64,000 nt of DNA from an uncultured Planctomycetota bacterium (GTDB taxonomy: Bacteria > Planctomycetota > Planctomycetia > Isosphaerales > Isosphaeraceae). The position numbers and the translations under genes were made by a program. Positions 47,541-59,135 of the stretch are shown in pieces. Under the pieces are notes generated by a model. That model ran no database searches, was not told the origin of the DNA, and saw nothing but the letters and a program-made list of their open reading frames with translations. The stretch is taken from contig CAWJTV010000027.1 in NCBI GenBank assembly GCA_963845755.1, positions 32,001 through 96,000 on the forward strand, written 5' to 3'. Within the stretch, counting starts at the first letter, position 1. Each line of letters starts with the position of its first letter.

Positions 47541-47841
47541 GGTTTGGTCCTCCGTTGAAAGACGCGGTCTAAGGAGAGGCAGGCACATCAATATTCGTTA
47601 CGCCCCCTTTTCCGCGCCCCCCCTTTTTCGCGCCAATGAGAAGTTTCCGGACGTGTAGCATTTTTGGTATTCGTCCTCTACCCCCTGGACGATAGGGTAT
47701 CTAACCTGCGAATCTTTTGCGTATACGCCTGACGCTTGCAGTTGACAGTTTACTCAAGTTTTGTGAATATACGGCCGTTCAGAATTTCGCGTATTCCGCG
47801 GCTCGCCTCCAAGGCGTGATAATCGGTCGAGGGTTCTCGGT

Positions 47842-48555
47842 ATGCGTTCCCGACTTCCTACGATGTTCTTGGAGAGAGCGGCCGTCTATGCCGCCCCTTT
47901 GGATAGTCCTGCTTATCAGAATGCAGACAGTTGCTCCCCGCGTGGACGCGTGAAGGTTAACCCCAAGCGTCGCTCGGACCATTTACCGCGGCGCAGGTTC
48001 CAACGTCATCTAAAGGCGCGAAGGTGGGCGAATCGCTTGCGGATTCTCCACGACGTATTGGTCGTCGGCAACTGGCTTTACGACGCCGTACACATCATAG
48101 AGCATAATTGGCGTACGGAAGTAATCGAGGGTAAGACTCCGTACGACGCGAGCGAGGAAACTGCGATCATGGAGTTCTATCGACTTTGGGGCCAACCTTG
48201 CCAAAGGGTTATTAGTGAGATCCATAAACTTCGATCAAAGGGCCATGAGGTTCGTGGTGGCGAAGTGTTTGAGGCGAACTTCGAGAAGGCGAGCGCCATC
48301 CTTGCAGGCGAGAATCCGTTCTACGACGACGTAGATAGGGCCGGCCTGTGGGCAGCCCGGACTGCTCGATTCCGGCAATCCCCTCGGCCTGTACGGATCG
48401 ATGAAGCCGGCAGGATTTTTGAGCTGTCTGGTGAACGCTTCGTAATGCCAGGCCTTTCGCCAGACGACATCTTACAAGCGATGGATGACGAGCGAGCCGG
48501 TCGGAAGCGTTCGCTCAAGGATGTGCTTGCCTCAAGAATCTCGCATGGCCTTTGA
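47842..48555 (+). CDS. Hypothetical protein, antitoxin-like C-terminus (start uncertain)
   Basis: Lower-GC ORF ending DDILQAMDDERAGRKRSLKDVL; overlaps next gene. Confidence 0.55.
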   Translation: MRSRLPTMFLERAAVYAAPLDSPAYQNADSCSPRGRVKVNPKRRSDHLPRRRFQRHLKARRWANRLRILHDVLVVGNWLYDAVHIIEHNWRTEVIEGKTPYDASEETAIMEFYRLWGQPCQRVISEIHKLRSKGHEVRGGEVFEANFEKASAILAGENPFYDDVDRAGLWAARTARFRQSPRPVRIDEAGRIFELSGERFVMPGLSPDDILQAMDDERAGRKRSLKDVLASRISHGL

Positions 48556-48838
48556 GATCGAACTTCTAGATAAAGCGGCCGGCCACCTCATCGCCTTGCC
48601 GGATTTCCTCCAAGAGCGGGTGCAATCCCATCTAGTTGATCTGGCGAACTCGCCATCCCAGATGAGCCGGCCGACCGTTTCTCCGCCTTATCCTCCTGGG
48701 GGAATGATGTCAGAGTTCGATGTTGGGCCGTTTGGCAATGTGCTACACCATGTCGCAGTGTTCTTCTATTATGGCCAAGACGAAGAGACACTTGTTGTAT
48801 TCGCTATCGGGTATACTGCTCTGCGCAACCCTGATTGA
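48545..48838 (+). CDS. Small protein, possible divergent RelE/ParE-fold toxin
   Basis: MAFEIELLDKAAGHLIALP...VQSHLVDLANSP...VFFYYGQDEETLVVFAIG. Confidence 0.5.
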   Translation: MAFEIELLDKAAGHLIALPDFLQERVQSHLVDLANSPSQMSRPTVSPPYPPGGMMSEFDVGPFGNVLHHVAVFFYYGQDEETLVVFAIGYTALRNPD

Positions 48839-49470
48839 CCCTCATCGCTCAGGCAGTGGCCACGCCTCATCCTCAACCCGCCCATCCGGATACCGGATGA
48901 TCAGACCCCAATGATCGGCTGTTATGCCCCGAGCGGTCAGGCCCGGGGCGGGCTCGAGTTCAACATCGGCTGGCCGTCCGGTCAGTCCAACCACCGATCC
49001 GCCAGGATCTTCCTCCAATCCTTGACGGGGATCGTCGGGACGACCGGCTGGGGAACGGGATCGGTGGCCGGCTTCCGCGGGCTCTTCTCCTCGGTGCGCG
49101 TCGCCGTCCGGGATCGCTTCTCTCGAGGGGCGTCGGCCAAAGCGGGATCCATCCCAAGCTCCGCCAGGAGCTCCTCCCGTCCTTCTCTTTTCAGGCGGTC
49201 GCACTCTTCCGGCGAATCGCAGTTTTGGCCGGAAGGCTCGATCGAGAACTGAAGGGCGACCACGTGGCGGCTCAAGATGCCCCAGAAGCCCGAACAGACG
49301 GACCACTCCCTATCATGGAACCGGGGATCCCGGGCCCACTGCTTTTTGGTGACGATGACAGCACGCACCTTGACCTCGTGCGGCTTGGGCCCGAAGTATG
49401 CGAATTGAAAAGTGGCTTCCACGTGGCTGAACCTGCTGCCCGATCCCTCGTCTACTGAATCAACGAACAG

Positions 49471-50061
49471 GTGATTCCCATTATCACTGGACCAAGAAAT
49501 GGGGAGCAGGCCAGATGGCAACGCCCGTCGGCCGACTGGGTGAACACGTGGCGGCGCGAGGCCGAGCTGGAGGGCAAGCTCTCCAAGGTCCTCTCCGGTA
49601 TGGACCGGCCGGCCAACGCTGCCGAGACGGCCAACCTGGGGTCGATCGCTGCTCGCAAAAAGCTCCCCGCCGCCGCCGCGCATCTCTACGCCGATGCCTT
49701 CGCGCAGCGACCATCGCTGAAGGATGACTCGGCGGCCATCAATCGTTACAATGCCGCGTGTTCTGCGGCGCTCGCCGGTTGCGGGAAAGGTCGGGACGAG
49801 CCCGCGCCCGGCCCGGTCGATCGGACACGGCTCCGCGCCCGAGCGCTCGGCTGGCTCAAGGCCGACCTTGCAGCGACGGCCCGGCGCTTCGAGGTCAGTC
49901 CCGCCCCGGACCGCGCAAGGCTCGTGGAACGGCTCCGCCGCTGGCGGAATGACCCCGATCTCGCGAGCGTTCGTGACGCGAAAGAGCTCGCCAAGCTCCC
50001 TGACTCGGAGCGTCCCGAGTGGCAGGCTTTCTGGGGGCTCGGTCAATGCGGAATTGCGTAG
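49471..50061 (+). pseudogene. Orphan C-terminal TPR-like fragment of planctomycete Ser/Thr kinase
   Basis: RYNAACSAALAGCG...RARALGWLKADL...WRNDPDLASVRD...LAKLPDSERPEWQAFW; no kinase domain upstream. Confidence 0.65.
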
Positions 50062-50265
50062 GACGGAGCAATGGGCCTCACGATCGCCCGGTCCGCCCGC
50101 GGGGGAACTGCCGGCCGATCCGTTCGCGCGATGACCGCCCCACACCGCCGCGAACGCCCGAGGACCCCAGGGCGGTTCACCGGGAGCAGGCATACCCCCG
50201 AACCTGGCACTCCTGCGGAGAGCGATCTCGTGATCGCTCCTCCTTTCTCGAGAGGATCACCTTCC

Positions 50266-51509
50266 ATGCGTATCTCAACCGCGGTTCCCTTCATCGCACT
50301 TCTTTGCGGGACTTCATCGGTCGGCGCAGAAAGTCCGGCGGCGATGACGGAGCGATTCCTGGTCGAGGGCAAGCTCGGCGCGGGTGAAACCGCCCTGGCC
50401 GATGTCCTGAAAGCCGATCCCGATAACGCCGAGGCCCGGTTCGGACTCGGGACGATCCAGTTCGTCCGCGCCGTCGAGCGGGCCGTCCAGTCGTTCCATC
50501 GCTATGGCTTGAGGGCCGGGCTGATGGGGAACCTCATCCCGTTCGCGCGCCTGCCGATCCCCCCGAACAACGCGCCCGAGCCGATCCGTTACACCGATCT
50601 CCGAGCCATCATGCAGACCTGGACCGACGATCTGGCGAAGGCTGAGGCCACACTCGGGCGGATCGGTGAGAAGGAGGTCAAGTTGCCGCTCCATTTCGGC
50701 CAGATCCGGCTCGACCTGGACGGCGACGGCAACGCCGGCCCGGACGAGACCCTCTGGAAGCTCTACGGCCAGCTCAACGCCGCCGCGGGCAACCAGGTCA
50801 CCGCCGAAGCGTCCAGGGAGTTCCTGGTCACGTTCGATCGGAGCGACGTCGCCTGGCTGCGCGGTTATTGTCACCTCTTGATGGGAATGGCGGAATGCTA
50901 CCTGGCCTACGACGGCCAGGAGCTGTTCAACCACTCGGCCGGGTTGTTCTATCCGAAGCCCGAGATACCGTTCCCCTTCCTCCGCCGATGCAGGCCCCGA
51001 ACCCCCAGGCGGAGGACTATGGCGACATCCTTGATGCCGTTGCCATGATCCACATGCTGCACCTGCCCCTAACCGAGCCGGCGCGGAAGAAGACGGCCCT
51101 GGCGCACCTCGAGTCCATGATCGCGCTAAGCCACGAGTCCTGGAAGTTCATCCTGGCCGAGACCGACGACGACCACGAATGGGTGCCCAATACGAAGCAA
51201 CACACCGTCATGCCCGGGGGCGCCGTCACCATCGAGATGGTCAAAGGCTGGCTGGAATTCCTCGACGAGGCGAAGGCGCTCTTGAAGGGTGAGAAGCTCA
51301 TCCCGTTCTGGCGAAAGGGCGAGGATCTGGGAATCAACCTGCGGCGCGTCTTCACCGAGCCGAGGACGTTCGACCTCGTCCTCTGGGTTCAAGGCACCGC
51401 CGCGGCTCCCTATCTGGAGAAGGGCACGCTCACCAAGCCCGAGACCTGGCAACGCTTCCAGAACATCTTCCGCGGCCAGTTCATCGGCTTCGCACTCTGG
51501 TTCAACTGA
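50266..51509 (+). CDS. Conserved hypothetical secreted protein (frameshift near 50985)
   Basis: Signal peptide, TPR-like DPDNAEARFGLG, DLDGDG, ETDDDHEWVPN, C-terminal GFALWFN. Confidence 0.7.
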
Positions 51510-51916
51510 CGGTCAGAACCGGAGACTCTGGAAACCCCGAATCCTTGACCTCAAGGCTCTGGTGATGCAGAATCGGATGTTCGCACGGCCGGGGTCGAGC
51601 GTCGATAAACCGCGAGGGCCTGGGGATTCCTGTTCCCGGCTGATGCCGATTCGGCCGTGATCCTCGGCTCCGGGTCGCTCGGGCAATTTTGCAGGGCTTC
51701 GCACGGAACGTCAGCAAAGACATCGCGATCGTGGGAATGCAGGGCAGGGGGGGGACCACGACGATCCCGGTTCTGTATGCGCGCGCCGACGATCCTTCGT
51801 GCGGAGCCGGTGTGACACCGAAAGCCCGCGGTGCGATGATCGGTCGCCAGTACCGGACGGTCCGCATCCGGGATCCCAGGGCGGGAATCCGGTCTCTCCT
51901 CGGGAGTCCTTACGTC

Positions 51917-53080
51917 ATGAGTGCCGAGCCGCAACCTGCCGCGACCGAACCGGCCGCGGAACCCGCCAGCCAGCCGCCATCGCCTCCCTCGTTGCGGGCG
52001 GTGCACACGCCGAATTTCCCGGCCTTGCTGCGGGGGCTCGGGGCCTCGTTGCTGGTCACCACCTACCAGGCGGGCAAGCTGGTGATGGTCCGCGACGAAG
52101 GCGACCACCTCAACACCCACTTCCGGACGTTCCAGGCCCCGATGGGTCTGGCACTGCGGGGCGATCGCCTGGCCATCGGCACGTCGGTGCAGGTCTGGGA
52201 GTACGTCGACGTGCCGGCCGTCACCTCCAAGCTCGAGCCGCCGGGCCGCCACGACGCCTGCTTCCTGCCCCGAAGCTGCCACGTGACCGGCAACATCCAG
52301 ATCCACGAGATGGCCTGGGGTACCGGCGAGGAGCTGTGGGTGGTCAACACCCGGTTCTCCTGCCTGTGCACGCTCGATCCGACGGCCAGCTTCACGCCGC
52401 GGTGGCGGCCGCCATTCGTCACGGCGCTGGAGCCGACGGACCGCTGCCACCTCAACGGTCTGGGTATAGTCGACGGCCGCCCTCGCTACGTGACGGCGCT
52501 GGGCCAGACCGACGCGCCGGCCGGCTGGCGGCCGGAGAAGGCCCGGGGCGGGATCGTGATGGACGTCGCCAGCGGCGTGGTGCTGGCCCAGGGGCTGTCG
52601 ATGCCGCACTCGCCCCGATGGTACGCCGGGCGGCTGTGGGTCTGCGAGTCGGGCACCGGGACGCTCGGCTACCTCGACGCGCGGACCGGCCAGTACCAGG
52701 CGATCGCGTCGACCCCAGGTTTCACCCGCGGGCTGGACTTCGCCGGGAACCTGGCCTTCGTCGGGCTTTCCCAGGTGCGGGAGACGGCCGTCTTCAGCGG
52801 CATCCCGATCACCGAGCGGCTCAAGCCGGAAGAGCGGACCTGCGGCGTCTGCGTCGTCGACCTGGCCCGCGGGGAACCGGTCGCCCTCTTGCGGTTCGAA
52901 GAGGGCGTGCAGGAGGTCTTCGCCGTCCAGGTGCTGCCCGGCAGGCGGTACCCGGAACTGGTCAACGACGACTCGAAACTGCTGGAGAACTCGTTCGTCG
53001 TTCCGGACGCGGCCCTGGTGGACGTACCCGCGGCCCTGCGGGGCTCGCCGGATCGTGCGACAACCGGCCCGGCGGCCTGA
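51917..53080 (+). CDS. TIGR03032 (DUF4915) family protein, second paralog
   Basis: SLLVTTYQAGK, VVNTRFSCL, DRCHLNG, MPHSPRW, PGFTRGL. Confidence 0.9.
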   Translation: MSAEPQPAATEPAAEPASQPPSPPSLRAVHTPNFPALLRGLGASLLVTTYQAGKLVMVRDEGDHLNTHFRTFQAPMGLALRGDRLAIGTSVQVWEYVDVPAVTSKLEPPGRHDACFLPRSCHVTGNIQIHEMAWGTGEELWVVNTRFSCLCTLDPTASFTPRWRPPFVTALEPTDRCHLNGLGIVDGRPRYVTALGQTDAPAGWRPEKARGGIVMDVASGVVLAQGLSMPHSPRWYAGRLWVCESGTGTLGYLDARTGQYQAIASTPGFTRGLDFAGNLAFVGLSQVRETAVFSGIPITERLKPEERTCGVCVVDLARGEPVALLRFEEGVQEVFAVQVLPGRRYPELVNDDSKLLENSFVVPDAALVDVPAALRGSPDRATTGPAA

Positions 53081-53212
53081 ACTGACCGAGGCGATGGAAT
53101 TCGACATGATTCGACGACTGTTCATCCCTTTGAGACGAATGGGGTCGATCGTGAAACCGACGCGATCAGCCGGGGCACGCTGAGGCAACCGCAATCGCGA
53201 GTGCCGGCCCGG

Positions 53213-54512
53213 TCACAAGATCCCCAGGATCGCGGCGGTGAGAAGGACCAGGCCGCCGATGAGCAAGGGGGCGACCAACTGGCGGATCAGATGGCTGGGT
53301 TGGGCGTCGGACAATCGCGCCGAAACCATGACGACGGCCGCGGCGGGACTCATGGTGCGGCCGAAGTGGGCGCCCAGGGCCGCCAAGGTTCCCAGGCGGG
53401 TGGGGTCCAGCCCCATGGACGCGGCCGCGGGGACGAAGAACTCCATGACGGCGACGGCCGGCGCAATCCCCGTCCCCGAGATCACGGCCAGGCCGCAGGG
53501 CGCCGCCCAGGCGACGACCATCGCGATCGTGGGCCACGGACGGATCGCTCGGATGACCAGCTCGATCAGGCCGCTGAGCCGGACCCCTTCGGCGAATGTG
53601 GAGGCCGGCACGATCAGCGAGATCACGTGATAATATCCATAGCCCATACCCTCGAAGAATGCCGGCGCGAGTCCGACGAACGACTTCGGGGTGGTCAGGC
53701 CGGCGGCCACGACCCCGATCAGCATGGCCGCAAGGATCCTGGGTGGTCCCTCGATCGCGCGGAGCGGCGCATGTGCCGCCGAGCATCGGGTCGACAAACA
53801 GGATCAGGAGGGGCAAGAGCGGCACCAGGGCCTTGACCGGGTTGACGCGAAACGGCGCCTCCTTCTCCGCGTCGGCGGGCTGATCCCCGGACGCGGCAAC
53901 GTTCGGTCCCCGCGTGCGACGGACCGCCAAGAACCAGAAGGCCGCCAGCGCCGCGGTGCAGGCCGCGAGGTTCAAGCCGGACGACCGCGCGACGAGCAGG
54001 CCGCCGGGGAGGCCCGTTAGCTGGGCGAGCTTGCGCATCTCGACCGCCCCGGGATTGAAGAGCTCACCGCCCATCGAGGCGCCCAGGAGCAGGACGGCCC
54101 CGGCCTGTGCCGGTCCGAGACCGGCGGCCCGGAGCAGCGGAATCAGGATCGGACCGAGGACCGACGCCGTCCCCGCCTGGCTCACGATCGTGGTGTTGAT
54201 CAGATAGCCGGAAGCGATCCCTCCCGGGATCAACAGGACCCGGACCCGTCGCAACGGCTGCACCAGGAGCTGAACGAGGTGCTGGTCGCACTTCGTCATG
54301 CGGAGCACGAAGGCGAATCCCATGGCCGAACCGATCGGCACCACCGTCAGAGGATTGGCCATCTCGGCGACCATCTTGACGAGCATCGCGGGCAACCCGC
54401 CCCTGGCCAGGAAGAGCGGGATCGCGCCGAGCAAGAGCACCAGGCGGACGTCGAGTCCGCGCGCGACCAGGCCCGTCACCAGGATGAGGTCAACGATCGC
54501 AATCGCAATCAC
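53213..54512 (-). CDS. DcuC-like C4-dicarboxylate transporter (frameshift near 53780)
   Basis: Many TM helices; MGFAFVLRMTKCDQHLV, GGELFNPGA, HFGRTMSPAAAV. Confidence 0.75.
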
Positions 54513-54888
54513 GGCCCGCGATCCCGACGCCGTGTCTCCCGAACCGGCCGTCCCGGTGGGCTGGCGCCGAAGGCCGCCGACCCGGCCAGTACCACCGCCA
54601 GCACCAGAACCCCGGCCACCATCCCGGACCGCGGGCTCCCGAGAATGCGCCATCTCACGGACAACCCCGGATCAAAGAGAATCTCGCATCGCTCCGGTCC
54701 CATTGTACGAGACTCCCGCCGATTTGACAGAAACTTCGTCCGGGTTCAGACCAATCCTATTGACCGGCCATCCGCGAGGCTGCTTGGTTGCGTGACGACC
54801 CAAAGCGTTCGATATCATTTGATTGATCGCCTCGTTGGCCTTAAGCTGTCTTGCACGGTCTCGACCGCCCTCACTCTTTCGAGCCGAG

Positions 54889-57800
54889 ATGAGAAAGGTC
54901 TGCGAAGGTTCTTCCCAGGAGTTTGACTTGCAAAACGGTGATCAACCCAATCCCCGGGTCAACCTGACGGACCAACGACTCGGGGCCGAAGATGAGGCCA
55001 CCGAGCCGGGGACCCTCCGGGCCAACCGGGATCAGCCGGCACCGGTAGCCGGTTCGGCGAGCGAAGGTCGGCCCGCCACGGCGCGGTTGAACATCCCGGG
55101 TTATGAGGTCTTGCGAGAACTGGGACACGGGGGGATGGGCGTTGTTTACGAAGCCATCGATCGGGCACGCAACGCGCGTGTGGCGCTCAAGACCGTCCGC
55201 CAGAAAGACGCGGCGGCGATCTATCGTTTCAAGCAGGAGTTCCGCGCGCTCGCGGACCTGTCCCACCCCAACTTGATCCCGCTCTACGAGCTTTCCGTGA
55301 CGGGCGATGAGTGGTTTCTCACCATGCCGCTCATCGACGGTGTCGACTTCCTGTCGTATGTCCGACCGGAGCCCGGCCGGCGGATCGTGGAATGGGGGCC
55401 CAGCAGCCCGGGCGTCGCGACGACGGGTCAGGCCCAAACCACCCAGCAGACGGCCGGCTCCGAGGGCGGAGCCACGGCCGATCGCGCGAGCGGGCTCGAA
55501 CCCAAGACGCAGCCTGAGCCGGCGCCCGGCGCTCGCGCCGAAACGGCGACCACGGAGCTGGGCGGGGACCTGGAGACACGCGGTCGCGAGACCCGCGAAC
55601 CCAAGACGGACCCTTTCTATGAAGGCACGACCTTCGACATATCTCGATCTGCCCAGGCGAAGCCGCTGAAACCGGGACGGATCGGTTTTCGAAGGCGACG
55701 GTCGGATAACCCCCTGGATCTCGGCCGCTTGCGCCGGGCACTTCCCCAGTTGGCCCGAGGCGTGCTCGCCCTGCATGGCGCCGGCAAACTCCACCGCGAC
55801 ATCAAGCCGTCCAATGTCCTGGTCCGCGACGACGGCACGGTCCTGCTCCTGGATTTTGGCCTGGTGGCCGAGCGCGTGGCGATGCCGGGCAGTCCGGAGA
55901 GCTCCGAATCCGGGCCGCTTTATGAGTATGAGTCGGAGAACAGCCTCGCGGGCACGGCGGCCTACATGGCCCCCGAGCAGGCCGCCGGCGAACCCCTGAG
56001 TCCCGCCAGCGATTGGTACGCCGTGGGCGTGATGCTCTTCGAATCGCTGACGGGCTGGCTCCCGTTTCAAGGTCGGGTCCGCGAGGTCCTGCTGGCGAAG
56101 CGGAAGGCGGAGGCGGTCTCGCCCATCAGCCTGGATCCTTCCGTACCGGCCGATCTGAATCAACTCTGTATCGACCTGCTGCGCCGCAATCCGGCCGAGC
56201 GCGTGAGCGGGCCCGAAATCCTGGCCCGGTTGGGTGAGGACGTGTCGGGGGAGACGACGACCGAGGGCGAGGTCGCGGCTCCCGCGATCCCCCTGGTGGG
56301 GCGGCGGAAGGAGCTGGATTTCCTGGACGCGTCGTTCGCCGAGGTGCTGGCCGGCAAGGCCACGACCGTGGAAGTCCAGGGCCGATCGGGGGCCGGCAAG
56401 ACGTCGCTGGTCCAGCACTTCCTGGAGACGCTGGCGGCGCGGCGGGATGTGGTCGTGCTCACCGGCCGATGCTTCGAACAGGAGTCCATACCCTACAAGG
56501 GGGTGGACCAGTTGGTTGACGCCCTCACGCGATACCTGGGCCGGCTCCGGCCGCCCGAGGCGCAGGCCCTGTTGCCCCGCGAGATCGGGGCGCTGGCGCG
56601 GATCTTTCCGGTGCTGGGCCGCGTGGAGGCCGTGGCGGCGACCGGGCCGAAAGCCGTGGATTATCCGGATCTGCAAGAACTGCGAAACCGCGCGTTTCGG
56701 CGCCTGCGCGAGCTGCTGGCTCGCCTTGCCGGCGACCACCCCTTGGTCCTCTGCATCGACGACATCCAGTGGGGCGACACCGACAGCGCCGCGCTCCTCA
56801 CCGAGATCCTCAGGCCGCCGGACCCGCCGCGCCTGCTGTTGCTGGCCTGTTACCGCAGCGAATACCTCGAGACGAGCGCGTGCCTGAAGGCCTTGAAGGC
56901 CGCGCTGCACGCGGACGATCCGGTGACCCTCCACCGCGAGCTGCGGATCGAGCCACTGCCGCCGGAGGCCGCGGCGAGCTGGCACTCCTGCTGCTGCCAG
57001 CCCACGGGCCCGACCCGGCCGCGCGTGCCGAACACATCGGCGCGAGTCGGGCGGGAACCCGTATTTCGTCTATGAGCTGGCTCGACACGTGATGGAAGGT
57101 GTGGATCTGCCCTCCCACCGACACGGGATCAATCTCGATGACGTGTTGTGGACGCGGATCGAGCGGCTGCCCGAGGAGTCGCGGCGGTTCCTGGAAACGC
57201 TGGCGGTGGCCGGCCAGCCGATCAAGGTGGGCCTGGCTTATGCGGCGAGCGACCTGATGACGGCGCAGCATCAGGTCGTCGCCCTGTTGCGGTCCGGCCG
57301 CCTGGTGCGCGGGACCGGCCCGCATCTGGACGACGACATCGAGACCTACCACGATCGCATCCGCGAGGTCGTCATCGCTCGGCTCGAGCCGGGCGCCGGG
57401 CCCACCATCACGGCCGGCTGGCCGTCACGCTGGAGGCCGCCAGTGCCGCCGATCCTGAGACGCTCGCGGTCCACTTCGAGGGCGCCGAGCGCGTCATCGA
57501 GGCGGGCCGATATTATGCCGAAGCGGCCGACCTGGCCGCCCGCGCCCTGGCCTTCGACCGGGCCGCCAAACTCTATCGGAAGTCGATCGAGCTGCGACCC
57601 CTCCCCGGCGACGACGGCCGTCGGCTGCGCGTTCGCCTGGCCGAGGCGCTGGCGAACGCGGGCTGCTGTGCCGAGGCGGCCGACGAGTACCTGCTCGCCG
57701 CGGAGACGGCCGAGACCGCGGAACGCATCGAGCTCGAGCGCCGGGCGGCGTTCCAGTACTGCGCGGGCGGTCAGATGGATGCCGGGCGCACGCGCGTTGC

Positions 57801-59105
57801 GCACGGTCCTCGGCCGGGTCGGCATGAGGCTCCCCGACAGCAAGCGGCATGCGATTCCCATGCTGCTGTGGAACCGGCTCCGACTCTCCCTCCGCGGCCT
57901 GGCCTTTCGCGAGCGCGAGGCCGCCATGATCCCCGCCGACGAGCTGACCCGGATCGACCTGGCCTGGTCGGTCGGCACGGGTCTGGCCTCGAAGAACACC
58001 CTGATCGGCCCTGCATTTCAATCGCTGAACCTGCTCCTGGCCCTGCGCCGGCGAGCCTCATCGCATCGCGCGGGCCCTGTGCTGGGAGGCCACCCAGGTC
58101 TCGATCGACGGCATGTCGGCGTACCGGCGCACGGCCGATCTCCTGGAAGCCGCCGAAACGCTCGGCCGGCGCCTCGACCAGCCCTACGTCTACGGCATGA
58201 TCGCGATGGCCAAGGGGTACCGCGACTTCTGTCTCGGCCGGTGGCGGAGCGGCCGGCTCTGCCTGGAAGAGGCCATCGGCATCTTTCGCGAGCGATGCAC
58301 CGGGGCCGCCTGCGAGCACGGACAGGCGAACACCTATTATCTCTGGTGCACCTCCTACGAAGGGGACTGGCCCGAGGTGCGCCGGCGCTCTGCGCGGTTG
58401 CTCAAGGAGGCCCAGGAGAAAGGCGACCTCTTCACCCAGGTCAACCTGGGCACGTTCATGGAGCCGCTCTCCCGCCTTGCGGCAGATCGGCCCGACGAGG
58501 CCCGCGAGGTCATCGCCGACTCGATCCGCCGCTGGTCGCGCGAAGAGTTCAATGTTCAGAACATGACTGCGCTTATGGGATCGACCTACGTGGACCTGTA
58601 TTGCGGCGATCCCCGGGCGACTTACGACCGGCACTGCAACCAATGGCCTGCCCTCCAAGGTTCGTTCCTGATGCATTCGCAGATCTGCCGGCTCCTGGTC
58701 GCCGAGCTGCGCGCGCCCGGTCCGCCCTCGGCGTGGCCGACTCGAGCCGGAACCCGGCCCCGCTGCTGCGCGAAGTCGATCGGCGGGCTCGGCGGATCGA
58801 GCGGGAAAACATGCCTTATGGAAATGCCCTGGCCCTGCTCTTGCGCGGGCGCGGCCGTCATCCGGCGCGACCAGGCCCAGGCGGAGCGTTGTTTATCCGA
58901 GGCGGCTCGCGCGTTCGACAGCGTCCCGATGCACCTCTTCGCCGCCGTGGCGCGCCGCCGGCTGGGGGAGCTGCGCGGCGGCTCGGAAGGGCGGGAACTC
59001 ATCGCCGCCAGCACCCAGTGGATGCGCGACCATGAGATCCAGAATCCCGACCGGATGACGGCGGCCATCACGCCCTGGACGCCACGCTTCCGCAGTGGTC
59101 CGTGA
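54889..59105 (+). CDS. Ser/Thr kinase - AAA ATPase - helical repeat protein (multiple frameshifts)
   Basis: LGHGGMGVVY, HRDIKPSN, DFG, GTAAYMAPE; LVGRRKEL, GRSGAGKT, IDDIQWGD; fragments continue in ORFs 57089, 57148 and 58113. Confidence 0.85.
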
Positions 59106-59135
59106 ATACCAATTGGCTTCGTCTTTACGGCCTCG

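Noticed and set aside
48982..50193. 403-aa minus-strand ORF
   Set aside because: Mostly antisense to the TPR-kinase fragment; any real coding part could not be supported
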